A stretch of DNA of 64,000 bases from an uncultured Fibrobacteraceae bacterium (GTDB lineage: Bacteria; Krumholzibacteriota; Krumholzibacteriia; LZORAL124-64-63): NCBI GenBank assembly GCA_964617805.1, contig CAZTWK010000005.1, positions 48,149 to 112,148 of the forward strand, read 5' to 3'. Below are positions 19,140-28,216 of the stretch, piece after piece (positions within the stretch are counted from its first letter, which is position 1; each line of letters starts with the position of its first letter). The position numbers and the translations under genes were made by a program. The notes under the pieces were generated by a model. The model ran no database searches. It saw only the letters and a list, made by a program, of their open reading frames with translations, and was not told where the DNA came from.

Positions 19140-19994
19140 ATGCTGTACGCAATCCTGGCCCTGATCGTCATTCTATTCTTCGCAGGCATCCGCATCGTGA
19201 GACCCACCCACCGCGGACTCGTCGAGCGTCTGGGCAAGTACCGGCGCTTCGCGAATCCCGGCTTCAACTGGATCATCCCGGTCATCGACCGCATGATCAG
19301 CATCAACGTCACCGAGCAGATGGTCGACGCCCAGCCGCAGGAGATCATCACCTTCGACAACCTCAACGCCCGCGTCGACGCGCAGGTCTATTTCAAGGTC
19401 AAGTCCGACGAGGAGAGCGTGAAGTGCTCCCAGTACAACGTCAACGACTACCAGTGGCAGATCGTGAACCTGGCGCGCACCACGCTGCGTAACATCATCG
19501 GCACGCTCACGCTCAAGTCCGCCAACAGCGAGCGCGACAAGATAAACGGCGAGCTGCTGACGACCCTCAGCAACGAGACGGCGAACTGGGGCATGGAGAT
19601 CGTGCGCACCGAGCTCAAGGAGATCGACCCGCCGCAGGACGTGCAGGCGACCATGAACAAGGTCGTCAAGGCTGAGAACGAGAAGATCGCCGCCCTGGAC
19701 TACGCCAACGCGGTGGAACGCGAGGCCGACGGCTTGAAGCGCTCGGAGATCAAGAAGGCCGAGGGCATCAAACGGGGCAAGATCCTGCAGGCCGAGGGCG
19801 AGGCCGAGGCCATCCGCCTGGTGAACGAGGCCGCCAACAAGTACTTCATCGGCAACGCACAGCTGCTGCGCAAGCTCGAGGCCCTGGAGAAGGCCCTCGC
19901 CGACAACGCCAAGATCGTCGTCCCCTCGGACAGCGACCTGGTGAACGTGATCGGGGAGATGGCCGGCGTGCTGCCGCTGGACCGATCGAAGTAG
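19140..19994 (+). CDS. SPFH/Band 7 (stomatin/prohibitin-like) domain protein
   Basis: RBS GGAGGAGAA then ATG. N-terminal TM helix, Band 7 core, coiled-coil C-terminus. Confidence 0.85.
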   Translation: MLYAILALIVILFFAGIRIVRPTHRGLVERLGKYRRFANPGFNWIIPVIDRMISINVTEQMVDAQPQEIITFDNLNARVDAQVYFKVKSDEESVKCSQYNVNDYQWQIVNLARTTLRNIIGTLTLKSANSERDKINGELLTTLSNETANWGMEIVRTELKEIDPPQDVQATMNKVVKAENEKIAALDYANAVEREADGLKRSEIKKAEGIKRGKILQAEGEAEAIRLVNEAANKYFIGNAQLLRKLEALEKALADNAKIVVPSDSDLVNVIGEMAGVLPLDRSK

Positions 19995-20018
19995 AACCGC
20001 GACATCCTTCGCGTTCCC

Positions 20019-20042
20019 GGGGGCGGCCTGCCGGCCGCCCCC
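20019..20042 (+). terminator. GC-rich hairpin (gggggcggcc-tgcc-ggccgccccc) downstream of the SPFH gene; probable terminator
   Basis: Perfect 10-bp stem 25 nt after the TAG stop. Weak T tract. Confidence 0.45.
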
Positions 20043-20068
20043 TCGTCGTTCACGGGCCCATCGTTGGG

Positions 20069-20097
20069 TTGTCAAATCCGCGCTTTGCCTCATACTG
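20069..20097 (+). promoter_or_regulatory. Putative promoter (TTGTCA - 16/17 bp - CATACT) of the decarboxylase operon
   Basis: Sequence match only. Confidence 0.3.
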
Positions 20098-20129
20098 GGG
20101 GCGTCCGAACCGCCGATCCGGAAACATCC

Positions 20130-20145
20130 TGTCAAAAATTTGACA
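20130..20145 (+). promoter_or_regulatory. Perfect 16-bp palindrome TGTCAAAAATTTGACA (candidate operator) ~70 nt upstream of the carboxyltransferase start
   Basis: Perfect dyad. Shares the TTGTCAAA half-site with the -35 region at 20069. Confidence 0.45.
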
Positions 20146-20215
20146 AACAGCCCGGCGGACACCATATCCACGGTGTCGCACGCGAACCGGCGGCGATCGC
20201 AACCGGAGGACCGTC

Positions 20216-21766
20216 ATGTCCGAATCGAAGATAGACAAGCTCCTGGACGAGCGGAAACGCCTCTACGAGGGCGGCGGCGAGGCGCGCATCGAGAAGCAGC
20301 ACGCCGCCGGCAAGCTCACCGCCCGCGAGCGCCTGGGCCTGCTCCTGGACGAGGACACCTTCCAGGAGACCCACCTGTTCATGAAGCACCGCTGCACCCA
20401 CTTCGGGCTGGCGGACAAGGAATTCCCGGGCGAGGGCGTCGTCACCGGCTGCGGGCTGGTGGACGACCGGCCCGTCTACGTGGCCAGCCAGGACTTCACG
20501 GTCGCCGGCGGCGCCGTGGGGGAGGCCACCGCCCGCAAGATCCAGGCGGCCATGGACGATGCGCTGAAGACCGGCGACCCCTTCATCTTCATCAACGACA
20601 GCGGCGGCGCGCGCATCCAGGAGGGCGTCGACTCCCTGGCCGGCTACGGCGGCATCTTCCACCGCAACGTGCTGCTTTCGGGCGTGGTGCCCCAGATCAG
20701 CATCATCGCCGGCCCCTGCGCCGGCGGGGCGGCCTACTCGCCCGCCCTGACCGACTTCATAATCCAGGTGCGCAGCCAGGGCCAGATGTTCATCACCGGG
20801 CCGTCGATCATCAAGGAGGTCACGGGCGAGGACGTCAGCGCCGAGGACCTGGGCGGCGTCTACAGCCATACCCACTACTCGGGCGTGGTGCATCTGGAGG
20901 CCGAGGACGGGGAGCACGCCATGGAGATCGCGCGGCGGCTGCTCTCGTTCCTGCCCAGCAACAACACGGACGAGCCGCCGGTCTACCCCGAACTGCACGA
21001 GGAGGCCGTGGGGCCCGTGGACGAGCTGAACGACATCGTCCCCGAGGATCCGCGCCAGCCCTACGACATGCACCGCATCATCACGCTGACCGTGGACAAC
21101 GGCGACTTCATGGAGATCCAGGAGCACTGGGCGCCCAACATCATCGTGGGCTTCGCGCGCGTCGAGGGCTCGACCGTGGGCGTGATCGCCAACAACCCGC
21201 TGCACAAGGCGGGCGTGCTGGACATCGACTCCTCTGACAAGGCCGCCAAGTTCATCCGTTTCTGCAACGCCTTCAACATCCCGCTGCTGACCTTCGTGGA
21301 CGTGCCCGGGTTCATGCCCGGCGTGCAGCAGGAGTACGGCGGCATCATCCGCCACGGCGCGAAGATGCTCTTCGCCTACGGCTCGGCGACGGTGCCCAAG
21401 ATCACGATCATCGTGCGCAAGGCCTACGGCGGCGCCTACCTCGCCATGTGCGGCAAGGACATGGGCGCCGACCGCTGCAGCGCCTGGCCCAGCGCCGAGA
21501 TCGCCGTGATGGGCGCCGAGGGCGCCGTCAACCTGCTCTACCGCCGCGAGATCGCCGACGCCGAGGATCCCGGCGCCGAGCGCACCGCGCGGATCGAGGA
21601 CTACAGCGACACCTTCGCCAACCCCTACGTGGCGGCGGGACGCGGGCTGCTGGACGACATCATCGAACCGGCGGAGACGCGGGTCTACGTGGCCCAGTCG
21701 CTGCAGCTGCTCAAGGCCAAGCGCGAGATGCGGCCGCAGAAGAAGCACGGCCTCATCCCGCTGTAG
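20216..21766 (+). CDS. Acyl-CoA carboxyltransferase subunit (methylmalonyl-CoA decarboxylase alpha / propionyl-CoA carboxylase beta family)
   Basis: RBS GGAGGA. Carboxyltransferase domain with highly conserved blocks (VTGCGLVDDRPVYVASQDFTVAGG, FINDSGGARIQEG, AYGGAY). Confidence 0.9.
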   Translation: MSESKIDKLLDERKRLYEGGGEARIEKQHAAGKLTARERLGLLLDEDTFQETHLFMKHRCTHFGLADKEFPGEGVVTGCGLVDDRPVYVASQDFTVAGGAVGEATARKIQAAMDDALKTGDPFIFINDSGGARIQEGVDSLAGYGGIFHRNVLLSGVVPQISIIAGPCAGGAAYSPALTDFIIQVRSQGQMFITGPSIIKEVTGEDVSAEDLGGVYSHTHYSGVVHLEAEDGEHAMEIARRLLSFLPSNNTDEPPVYPELHEEAVGPVDELNDIVPEDPRQPYDMHRIITLTVDNGDFMEIQEHWAPNIIVGFARVEGSTVGVIANNPLHKAGVLDIDSSDKAAKFIRFCNAFNIPLLTFVDVPGFMPGVQQEYGGIIRHGAKMLFAYGSATVPKITIIVRKAYGGAYLAMCGKDMGADRCSAWPSAEIAVMGAEGAVNLLYRREIADAEDPGAERTARIEDYSDTFANPYVAAGRGLLDDIIEPAETRVYVAQSLQLLKAKREMRPQKKHGLIPL

Positions 21767-21775
21767 GAGACGACG

Positions 21776-22156
21776 ATGGCCGACCAGGCGACATTGCTGG
21801 ACAACCTGCCCCTGGCGGCGGTGGGCCTGCTGATCGTCTTCGCGGTGCAGCTGATCATCGCGCTGGCCATCTCCGGGATCCGCCAGCTCGACGAGAAGTG
21901 GCGCCACCAGGAGAAGCGGCGCAACGCCGAGGCCCTGGACCGCGATCCCACCATCGACGCCACCACGGTCGTGATGGTGGCCGCCGCCGCCGCCACCGTC
22001 CTGCGCGGCCGGCACCGCATCCGCAGCATCAAGCGGCTCATGCCCACCGATCACCGGCGCAGCCCCTGGAGCGCCCAGGGCCGGGCGGTCCTGCAGGGAT
22101 CGCACGCCCTCTCCCGACAACAGACGAGAAGCGGTCACGACAGGAGAAGGTCATGA
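21776..22156 (+). CDS. OadG/MmdD-like small membrane subunit of Na+-translocating decarboxylase (C-terminal tail atypical)
   Basis: RBS AGGAGA. Single N-terminal TM helix (LAAVGLLIVFAVQLIIALAI) as in OadG. The basic C-terminal ~70 aa has low-complexity, frame-noise character. Confidence 0.5.
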   Translation: MADQATLLDNLPLAAVGLLIVFAVQLIIALAISGIRQLDEKWRHQEKRRNAEALDRDPTIDATTVVMVAAAAATVLRGRHRIRSIKRLMPTDHRRSPWSAQGRAVLQGSHALSRQQTRSGHDRRRS

Positions 22157-22554
22157 AACTGAAGATCACGGTCCACGGCGTCGCCTACGAGGTCGACGTG
22201 GAAGTCCTCGACGCCAGGCGCGACGAGTTCGGACCCACCGGCGCCCTGCCCGGCCGGGGCTCCCACGGCACGGTGCCGCACGCGCCGGCCGCCGCGCCGG
22301 CGGCCGCCGGACCGGCCGCGCCGGCCGCGCCCCACGCCGCGGGCAGCGGCGTGGTGTCGCCCATCGCGGGCACGATCATCGAGGTGAAGTGCAAGGCCGG
22401 CGACGAGGTCGCCCAGGGCCAGGAGCTGCTGGTCGTCGAGGCCATGAAGATGAACACCTCGATCGCCGCGCCCGGCGCGGGCACCGTCAAGCGGGTGCTC
22501 GTGGCTGCCGGCGACAGCGTGCGCGAGAACCAGCAACTGGTCGAGTTCGCCTGA
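22153..22554 (+). CDS. Biotin carboxyl carrier subunit (biotinyl domain, AMKM)
   Basis: N-terminal MKLKITVHGVAYEVDVEV motif typical of decarboxylase gamma subunits. Ala/Pro linker. EAMKM biotinylation motif. Start overlaps the upstream stop. Confidence 0.8.
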   Translation: MKLKITVHGVAYEVDVEVLDARRDEFGPTGALPGRGSHGTVPHAPAAAPAAAGPAAPAAPHAAGSGVVSPIAGTIIEVKCKAGDEVAQGQELLVVEAMKMNTSIAAPGAGTVKRVLVAAGDSVRENQQLVEFA

Positions 22555-23681
22555 TGGACGTGATCTGGGAATTCCTGCAGGTCGGCGCCTTCGGCAACTT
22601 CACCCTGGGCAACCTGGCGATGCTCGTCGTGGGCTGCGTCTTCATCTACCTGGCGGTGGCCAAGGACTACGAGCCCCTGCTGCTGGTGCCCATCGGCTTC
22701 GGCATCCTGGTGGGCAACATCCCCTTCTCGCCGGGCATGAACATCGGGGTCTACGAGCAGGGCAGCGTCCTGTCGATCATCTACTCGGGCGTGAGCAAGG
22801 GCTGGTACCCGCCCCTGATCTTCCTGGGCATCGGGGCCATGACCGACTTCTCCTGCATGCTCTCGAACCCGCGCCTGATCATCCTGGGCGCGGCCGCCCA
22901 GGCCGGCATCTTCATCACCTTCTTCGGCGCGCTGGCCCTGGGCTTCGAGGTCAACCAGGCCGCGTCGATCGGCATCATCGGCGGCGCCGACGGGCCCACC
23001 GCCATCTTCCTGTCCTCGCAGCTGGCGCCCGAGTTCCTGGGACCCATCGCCATCGCCGCCTACTCCTACATGGCCCTGGTGCCGGTCATCCAGCCGCCGA
23101 TCATCAAGCTGCTCACCACGCGCGAGGAGCGCCTGATCCGCATGAAGCCCTCGCGGCCGGTCAGCAAGCGGCTGCGCATCATGTTCCCGGTGATCGCCTT
23201 CCTGCTCTCGGCCATGATCGCCCCCGGGGCGATCACCCTGCTGGGCATGCTCTTCTTCGGCAACCTGCTCAAGGAGAGCGGCGTCACCGAGCGGCTGGCC
23301 AAGACCGCCCGCAACGCCCTGATCGACGTCATCACCATCCTGCTGGGCCTGGCCGTCGGCGCCTCGACCGACGCCTCGGTCTTCCTGACGCCGGCCTCGA
23401 TCAAGATCTTCGTCCTCGGCGCGGGCTCCTTCGCCATCGCCACCGCGGCGGGCATCCTCTTCGCCAAGGGCATGAACCTGGTCTACAGGACCAAGATCAA
23501 CCCCATCATCGGCGCCGCGGGCGTGTCGGCCGTGCCGGACTCGGCGCGGGTCTGCCAGATGGTCGGCGCGCGCGAGGATCCGCAGAACTTCCTGATCATG
23601 CACGCCATGGCGCCCAATGTGGCCGGGGTGATCGGTTCGGCCGTCGCCGCGGGCGTCTTCCTGTCCAGCCTCGTCAACTAG
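22554..23681 (+). CDS. Na+-translocating decarboxylase beta subunit (OadB/MmdB family)
   Basis: ATG overlaps the BCCP stop. ~9 TM helices. Conserved blocks of OadB-type Na+ pumps (PLLLVPIGFGIL, IGGADGPTAIF). Confidence 0.85.
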   Translation: MDVIWEFLQVGAFGNFTLGNLAMLVVGCVFIYLAVAKDYEPLLLVPIGFGILVGNIPFSPGMNIGVYEQGSVLSIIYSGVSKGWYPPLIFLGIGAMTDFSCMLSNPRLIILGAAAQAGIFITFFGALALGFEVNQAASIGIIGGADGPTAIFLSSQLAPEFLGPIAIAAYSYMALVPVIQPPIIKLLTTREERLIRMKPSRPVSKRLRIMFPVIAFLLSAMIAPGAITLLGMLFFGNLLKESGVTERLAKTARNALIDVITILLGLAVGASTDASVFLTPASIKIFVLGAGSFAIATAAGILFAKGMNLVYRTKINPIIGAAGVSAVPDSARVCQMVGAREDPQNFLIMHAMAPNVAGVIGSAVAAGVFLSSLVN

Positions 23682-23742
23682 TGGAGCGGCGCGGGCGCGC
23701 TTACCTTGTGCGCCCGTTCGCGGCTTCGACCTGGAGGACGAG

Positions 23743-24384
23743 TTGAACTGGATAGAGTGGATCGGCTACGCCGGATCGGCGCTGGTCGCGGTTTCCCTGA
23801 TGATGAGCGCCGTGGTGCGCCTGCGGGTGCTCAACCTGGCGGGTGCGCTGCTCTTCACCGTCTACGGCGCGCTGGTGGGCGTGTGGCCCGTGCTGCTGGT
23901 CAACGCCTTCATCGTGCTGATCAACGCGGTGCACCTGGGGCGGATGCTGCGCGGACGGCGCGACTACTTCGAGCTGATGCCCGTGCAGGACCCGGGCAAC
24001 CCTTACCTGCGCCGTTTCCTGGACTTCCACGCCGACGACATCCGGCGGCACTTCCCGGATTTCGACCTCGACGCGCTGGACCGGCCGGTGATCGTCTTCA
24101 TCCTGCGCGACATGACGCCGGCGGGCCTGGTGGCCTGCTCGCGCGCCGGCGACGCCACCCTGCGCATCGATCTCGACTACGTGCGGCCGGCCTACCGCGA
24201 CTTCGCCTGCGCGCGCTGGTTCTACCGCGAGTGGGGGCCGCGTCTGGGAGAGATGGGCTTCGTCCGCTTCGCGGCGCGCACGGGCGCCGGCGTGCACCGC
24301 CGCTACCTGGAGCGCATGGGCTACTGCGCCGACCCGGCGCGCGGCGAGGGCTGGTACGTGCGGCCCACCGTCATGAGCGCCTGA
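23743..24384 (+). CDS. YgjV-like inner membrane protein with extra C-terminal soluble domain
   Basis: TTG start with GGAGGA RBS. Three TM helices similar to YgjV/PF10688, then a ~120-aa domain of unknown function. Confidence 0.5.
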   Translation: MNWIEWIGYAGSALVAVSLMMSAVVRLRVLNLAGALLFTVYGALVGVWPVLLVNAFIVLINAVHLGRMLRGRRDYFELMPVQDPGNPYLRRFLDFHADDIRRHFPDFDLDALDRPVIVFILRDMTPAGLVACSRAGDATLRIDLDYVRPAYRDFACARWFYREWGPRLGEMGFVRFAARTGAGVHRRYLERMGYCADPARGEGWYVRPTVMSA

Positions 24385-24407
24385 CGGCCCCCGGCGGGCA
24401 AGGAAAA

Positions 24408-24433
24408 GGCGGGAGCGCCGGAGCGCTCCCGCC
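24408..24433. terminator. Bidirectional rho-independent terminator between the YgjV-like gene and the OM barrel gene
   Basis: Perfect 11-bp inverted repeat ggcgggagcgc-cgga-gcgctcccgcc flanked by an A-run and a T-run. Confidence 0.6.
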
Positions 24434-24457
24434 TCTGTTTTCCTACCTCCGGCAGGG

Positions 24458-26722
24458 CTAGAAGCCCACTGTCATGCCGGCGCTGTAGAAGGTGACGGAT
24501 CCGTCCTGGTCGCCGTAGACGTAAGGCTGATCGTCGGTCAGGTCCATGAAGGTGACCGAGGAGTAGAGCCTGGCGTTCGTGTCGACCTTGAAGGAGACGC
24601 CGTATACAAGCTCGAGCAAGGTGAAATCGAGGTCGCTGTACTCATTCGTCTCGGTGTAGTCCAGGTCCTGGTTGCCGACGCCGCCGACCGGGGAATCGTC
24701 GAGCACGCCGAACGACGTGAACGAGCCCTCGGACTTGGTGTAGGTGCCGTCCATGTAGAACTTGAACTTCTCCGAGGCGTCCAGCGTGGCGTTGAAGTAC
24801 AACACGTTGTACTTGGTCGTGTACTCGCTCGTGGTGTCCGTCGAACCGAAGTGTTCGGGATCCGCACCGGATCCCTCGACGTGGCCCGCTCAGCCGCCGA
24901 ACAGCGGGATGCACAACTTGGCGTTGCTCTCCACGCTGTTGAACGAATACCCCATGGTCAGCATCAGCTTGTCGTTGGGAGCCACCCAGAGGTTGGCGCC
25001 CGGCGTGAGAATCGTGCGCTCGAACGTGTAGGAGTTGAGCTCGTAATTCTCTTCCGAGGCGACATTCAGGTAGCCGTTCAGCGACACGCGCGGCGAGACC
25101 TGGTACGAGCCGCGCGCCGCGACGCGGTGCGACTCGTTGGGCAGGGCCGTGCCGTTGCCGTGACGCAGACGCTGGAAGTAGTAGACGAACCCGTTGCCGG
25201 GCAGCGCGTCGACGTCGTGGTGCAACGCCTCCTCGCACATGGCGGTGGGGTTCATGTACTGGTTGGAGACCGTCGTGTAGGTGTAGGACAGCTTGCCGTT
25301 GCCCTTGCGCCCGAAGCGCTTGTTCAGGGTCGCGCGGAAGCGGTCCGACGTGGTCTCGTTGGCGTAGGGCGTCGACGGGACCCCGACGATGTCGCCGGAC
25401 ACCTCGTCCGTGTAGTACGTCGTCTGGCTCTGGGCCATGGCCGGCCGGTCGATCACCTTGTGGCGCCAGTCGAAGCCCAGCGAGGAACGCTTGCCCAGCT
25501 TGTGACGCAGGGCCAGGTCCGTCTGGAGGACGTCGCGGTTGGCCGCGGACACCCGGGTCCAGTCGAAGTCCTGGTCGCCGCCCGGACGCCCGGCCCGGTA
25601 CGGGAGCAGGTCGACGACCACGTCGTCGGACTTGATCTCGTACTTGAGCACGCGCGCGGTGAGCCGCGTCTTCTTGCCGGGACGCGCCATCCAGCCGGCC
25701 GCGAAGGCGTCGAAGTCGCTCACGAGAGCGGAACCGACGTTCTCGGTGCGGCTGTGGCTGTAGGTGCCCCGCAGGACGTTCCTCTTGTTGACGTCGACGT
25801 TCAGGCCGAGCTCGTGCGACCGCTTCTCGGTGGTCGGGCCCGCCGCGTAGGGCAGGGCGCCGTCCGCCAGGTCGTACTGGAGCCGGGAGCCGAACTCGAC
25901 GTTGTAGTTGCTCGTCTGCCCGTTGTCCGGATTGGTCCACGTCACGCCGCGCACGGGGTGCTGGGCCTGTGTCCAGCTCCGGGTGTTGGGCGTGGTGTAG
26001 TCCGTGAAGTCCTGGGCCTCGAACTCGTAGTTGAACGTCAACTTGCCCATCGTGCCCTCGATGCCGGCGTTGACCGTGCGCGTCTGCTCGTCGATCAGCC
26101 GCCGGTTGCCCTCCACGTGGCAGGTGGCGCAGTGATCGATGGTCAGGCTCTGCTTCCAGCCGTCCTTGTGCTGGTCGTTGTAGCGCACGTAGATCTTGCC
26201 GTTCTCGACGGACGTCAGGTCGTACTCCAGGTCGGCGCTGGTCTTCTGGTAGTTCAACCAGTACCGCCCCATCGGGTCCATGTCCGTGTTGTAGATCTGC
26301 TTGCCGCCGGGCGAGCCGTCGGGCTTCGCCTCGCGGGCCTGCATGTTCTCCAGACGGTCGTGGTCCAGACGATGGATGAAGGAGAGATAGTCGAAGTTCG
26401 CAGACAGGCGGCTGGCGGGATCCACGCTGATCCCGAGAGCCTTGGTGTCCTTGTCACGGTAGAAACCGTAGACGTCGAACAAGGTGTTGTCGGTGGCGCC
26501 GTCGAGCATGAACCAGGCGTGGGCCTGGACCTCGCCCTCGTTGGCGTCACTGAGGTATTCCCCCACCTTATCGAAGGCACCCGTCTGCTCGAAGTAGTGA
26601 GCCCCGACGTAGGACTTGCCCTCTACCGCGGGCGTCCCTTCGTCGGCTATCGCCGCGGCGGACAGGACCAGCAGTCCGGCCACCGCGAGATAGGTTGGGA
26701 TGCATCGCAATTTCATGGTCAC
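24458..26722 (-). CDS. MtrB/PioB/MtoB-family outer-membrane beta-barrel (porin partner of the periplasmic decaheme cytochrome), interrupted by one in-frame TGA at 24890-24892
   Basis: ORFs 24890..26722 and 24458..24805 are in the same frame. The 84 nt between them are also open. Signal peptide present. Alternating beta-strand pattern over ~750 aa. C-terminal ...SAGMTVGF ends in Phe as in OM barrels. Lies directly downstream of the decaheme cytochrome gene. Confidence 0.6.
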
Positions 26723-26752
26723 CTCATCGGTTCGGGTCCGCAGTGCGGACCG

Positions 26753-27727
26753 TTAGCGATTCAGGGCCCGACCCTGTCCCGGAATGGACTGGGAGGGCAA
26801 GTCCGTGCCGTGTATCGACTGGTGGCACTGCGAGCACTTGGTCATCATGGCCTGCTTGAACGCCGCGGGATGCGACGTGCCGGAAAGGCCCTCGTATTCG
26901 GGAGACCCGTCATCGCCCCAGTTCTCGGGGGGGATGTCGTAGTCGCCGTCGTAGGCCATCAGACTCGTGTGGAAGTGAGGCTGGTGGCACTGCAGACAGA
27001 GGAAGGGCTCGTTCTGGCGCAGCAGGTTATTGGCGACGGTGCCGTGGGGGTCGTGGCAGATCATGCAATCTTCCTCGACCGGCGAATGTTCGAAGATGAA
27101 GGGACCCCTGTGCTGGGTGTGGCACTCCAGACAGAGATCGCGGCTGCTCTCGCCCGTCATCAGGCCCGTGTAGCCCTCGCCGTGCACGTTGTGGCAACTG
27201 GAGCAGGACATGAAGTGCTCCTGCACCGGATGGTGGCTCGGCAGGCTCAGGCGGCCGCGGAACTCCTGGTGGCAGCCGAGACAGAGCTCGGTCTGCTCCT
27301 TGGCGAGCAGCTGCCCGCCGTGGATGTCGTGACAACTCACGCAGGAGAGGTCCGCGTCGGCGTGGACGCCGAGATGCCAGTCGACGGTTACACCCGTCTT
27401 GTGGCAGGAGAGACAGGCCTTGTTCGCCTTGGCGCCCATGTCGGCCTTGGGCGTCATGATCAGGGCCGGGTCTTCTTCCTCGACGTGCTGTTCGCCGGGA
27501 CCGTGACAGCTTTCACAGCCGTGGACGTCGGTCGGGTACTGGTAGTCGGCAAGCCGACCGTGGATGGTCTTCGTCATGGCGGCCGCGACGTCGTCGTGGC
27601 AGTCCAGACAAGTCTCCGTACCCACGTAACCAGCGCCGGCCCACGTTGCCGTGGCGGCCAGTAAGATGGCCATTCCCAGCAACGCGGCGACGCGATGGGT
27701 CCTGGGAATGGTACAGCGGTACATCAT
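26753..27727 (-). CDS. Periplasmic decaheme c-type cytochrome, MtrA/MtoA/PioA family
   Basis: Ten CxxCH motifs in ~325 aa. Signal peptide after M42 of the ORF (RBS AAAGAGGTGA then ATGATG). Directly precedes the barrel gene on the same strand. Confidence 0.8.
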   Translation of the reverse strand: MMYRCTIPRTHRVAALLGMAILLAATATWAGAGYVGTETCLDCHDDVAAAMTKTIHGRLADYQYPTDVHGCESCHGPGEQHVEEEDPALIMTPKADMGAKANKACLSCHKTGVTVDWHLGVHADADLSCVSCHDIHGGQLLAKEQTELCLGCHQEFRGRLSLPSHHPVQEHFMSCSSCHNVHGEGYTGLMTGESSRDLCLECHTQHRGPFIFEHSPVEEDCMICHDPHGTVANNLLRQNEPFLCLQCHQPHFHTSLMAYDGDYDIPPENWGDDGSPEYEGLSGTSHPAAFKQAMMTKCSQCHQSIHGTDLPSQSIPGQGRALNR

Positions 27728-28216
27728 CTCACCTCTTTGCAAGTGGTGTGGGGAACCCCGCGGGGTTCTTCGAGCTTCTGAGGCGGAGGGTCCCGTGACA
27801 GCTCGGTGACATCTCCGCTCGCGAATCGACGTCCTCCTTTCACGGAGCACTCCTCCGGGGGCGAGGAGCTTCCAAGTCTGTTGTTTAACAGTTCATATGT
27901 TCCTTGACGAGATCATAGTCAGCGCAAATGACAATGTCAACGTCGAAATTTCGTAACTCATTGTCATAATGCGAGATGCTGAGATATTGATATTCATTCG
28001 CTGAATCTTGCCATCTTCCCGTATTTCAGTGGGTTTCGGGTTCACCTCCCGTCCAGAGGAGGGTTGAATGGGGGGGAAGTCCTACTGCGGAGGTAGGTAA
28101 CACGTTGTATTTATAGGTTTTAATCAACAAGTTACGAATCACATTGATCTTGATTTGAGTCCTCCAGCCCCCCTTAATTGGGAGGATCCGTCACCGAAGC
28201 TCCACGGAGGCCGTCC
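27728..28216. promoter_or_regulatory. Unusually AT-rich ~490-bp divergent control region between the decaheme-porin operon and the CbcL-like gene
   Basis: GC drops to ~45% in a ~68% GC genome. Multiple TTGACA/TATAAT-like hexamers on both strands and short inverted repeats. Confidence 0.5.

Noticed and set aside
24806-24889. Possibility that the barrel gene interruption reflects an insertion (intein, IS remnant) or a frameshift.
   Set aside because: The two parts are in the same frame, separated by only one TGA, and the 84 nt between the annotated ORFs are open. No inserted element is present, so it is a single in-frame stop, not an indel. This is kept as a finding, not dismissed.
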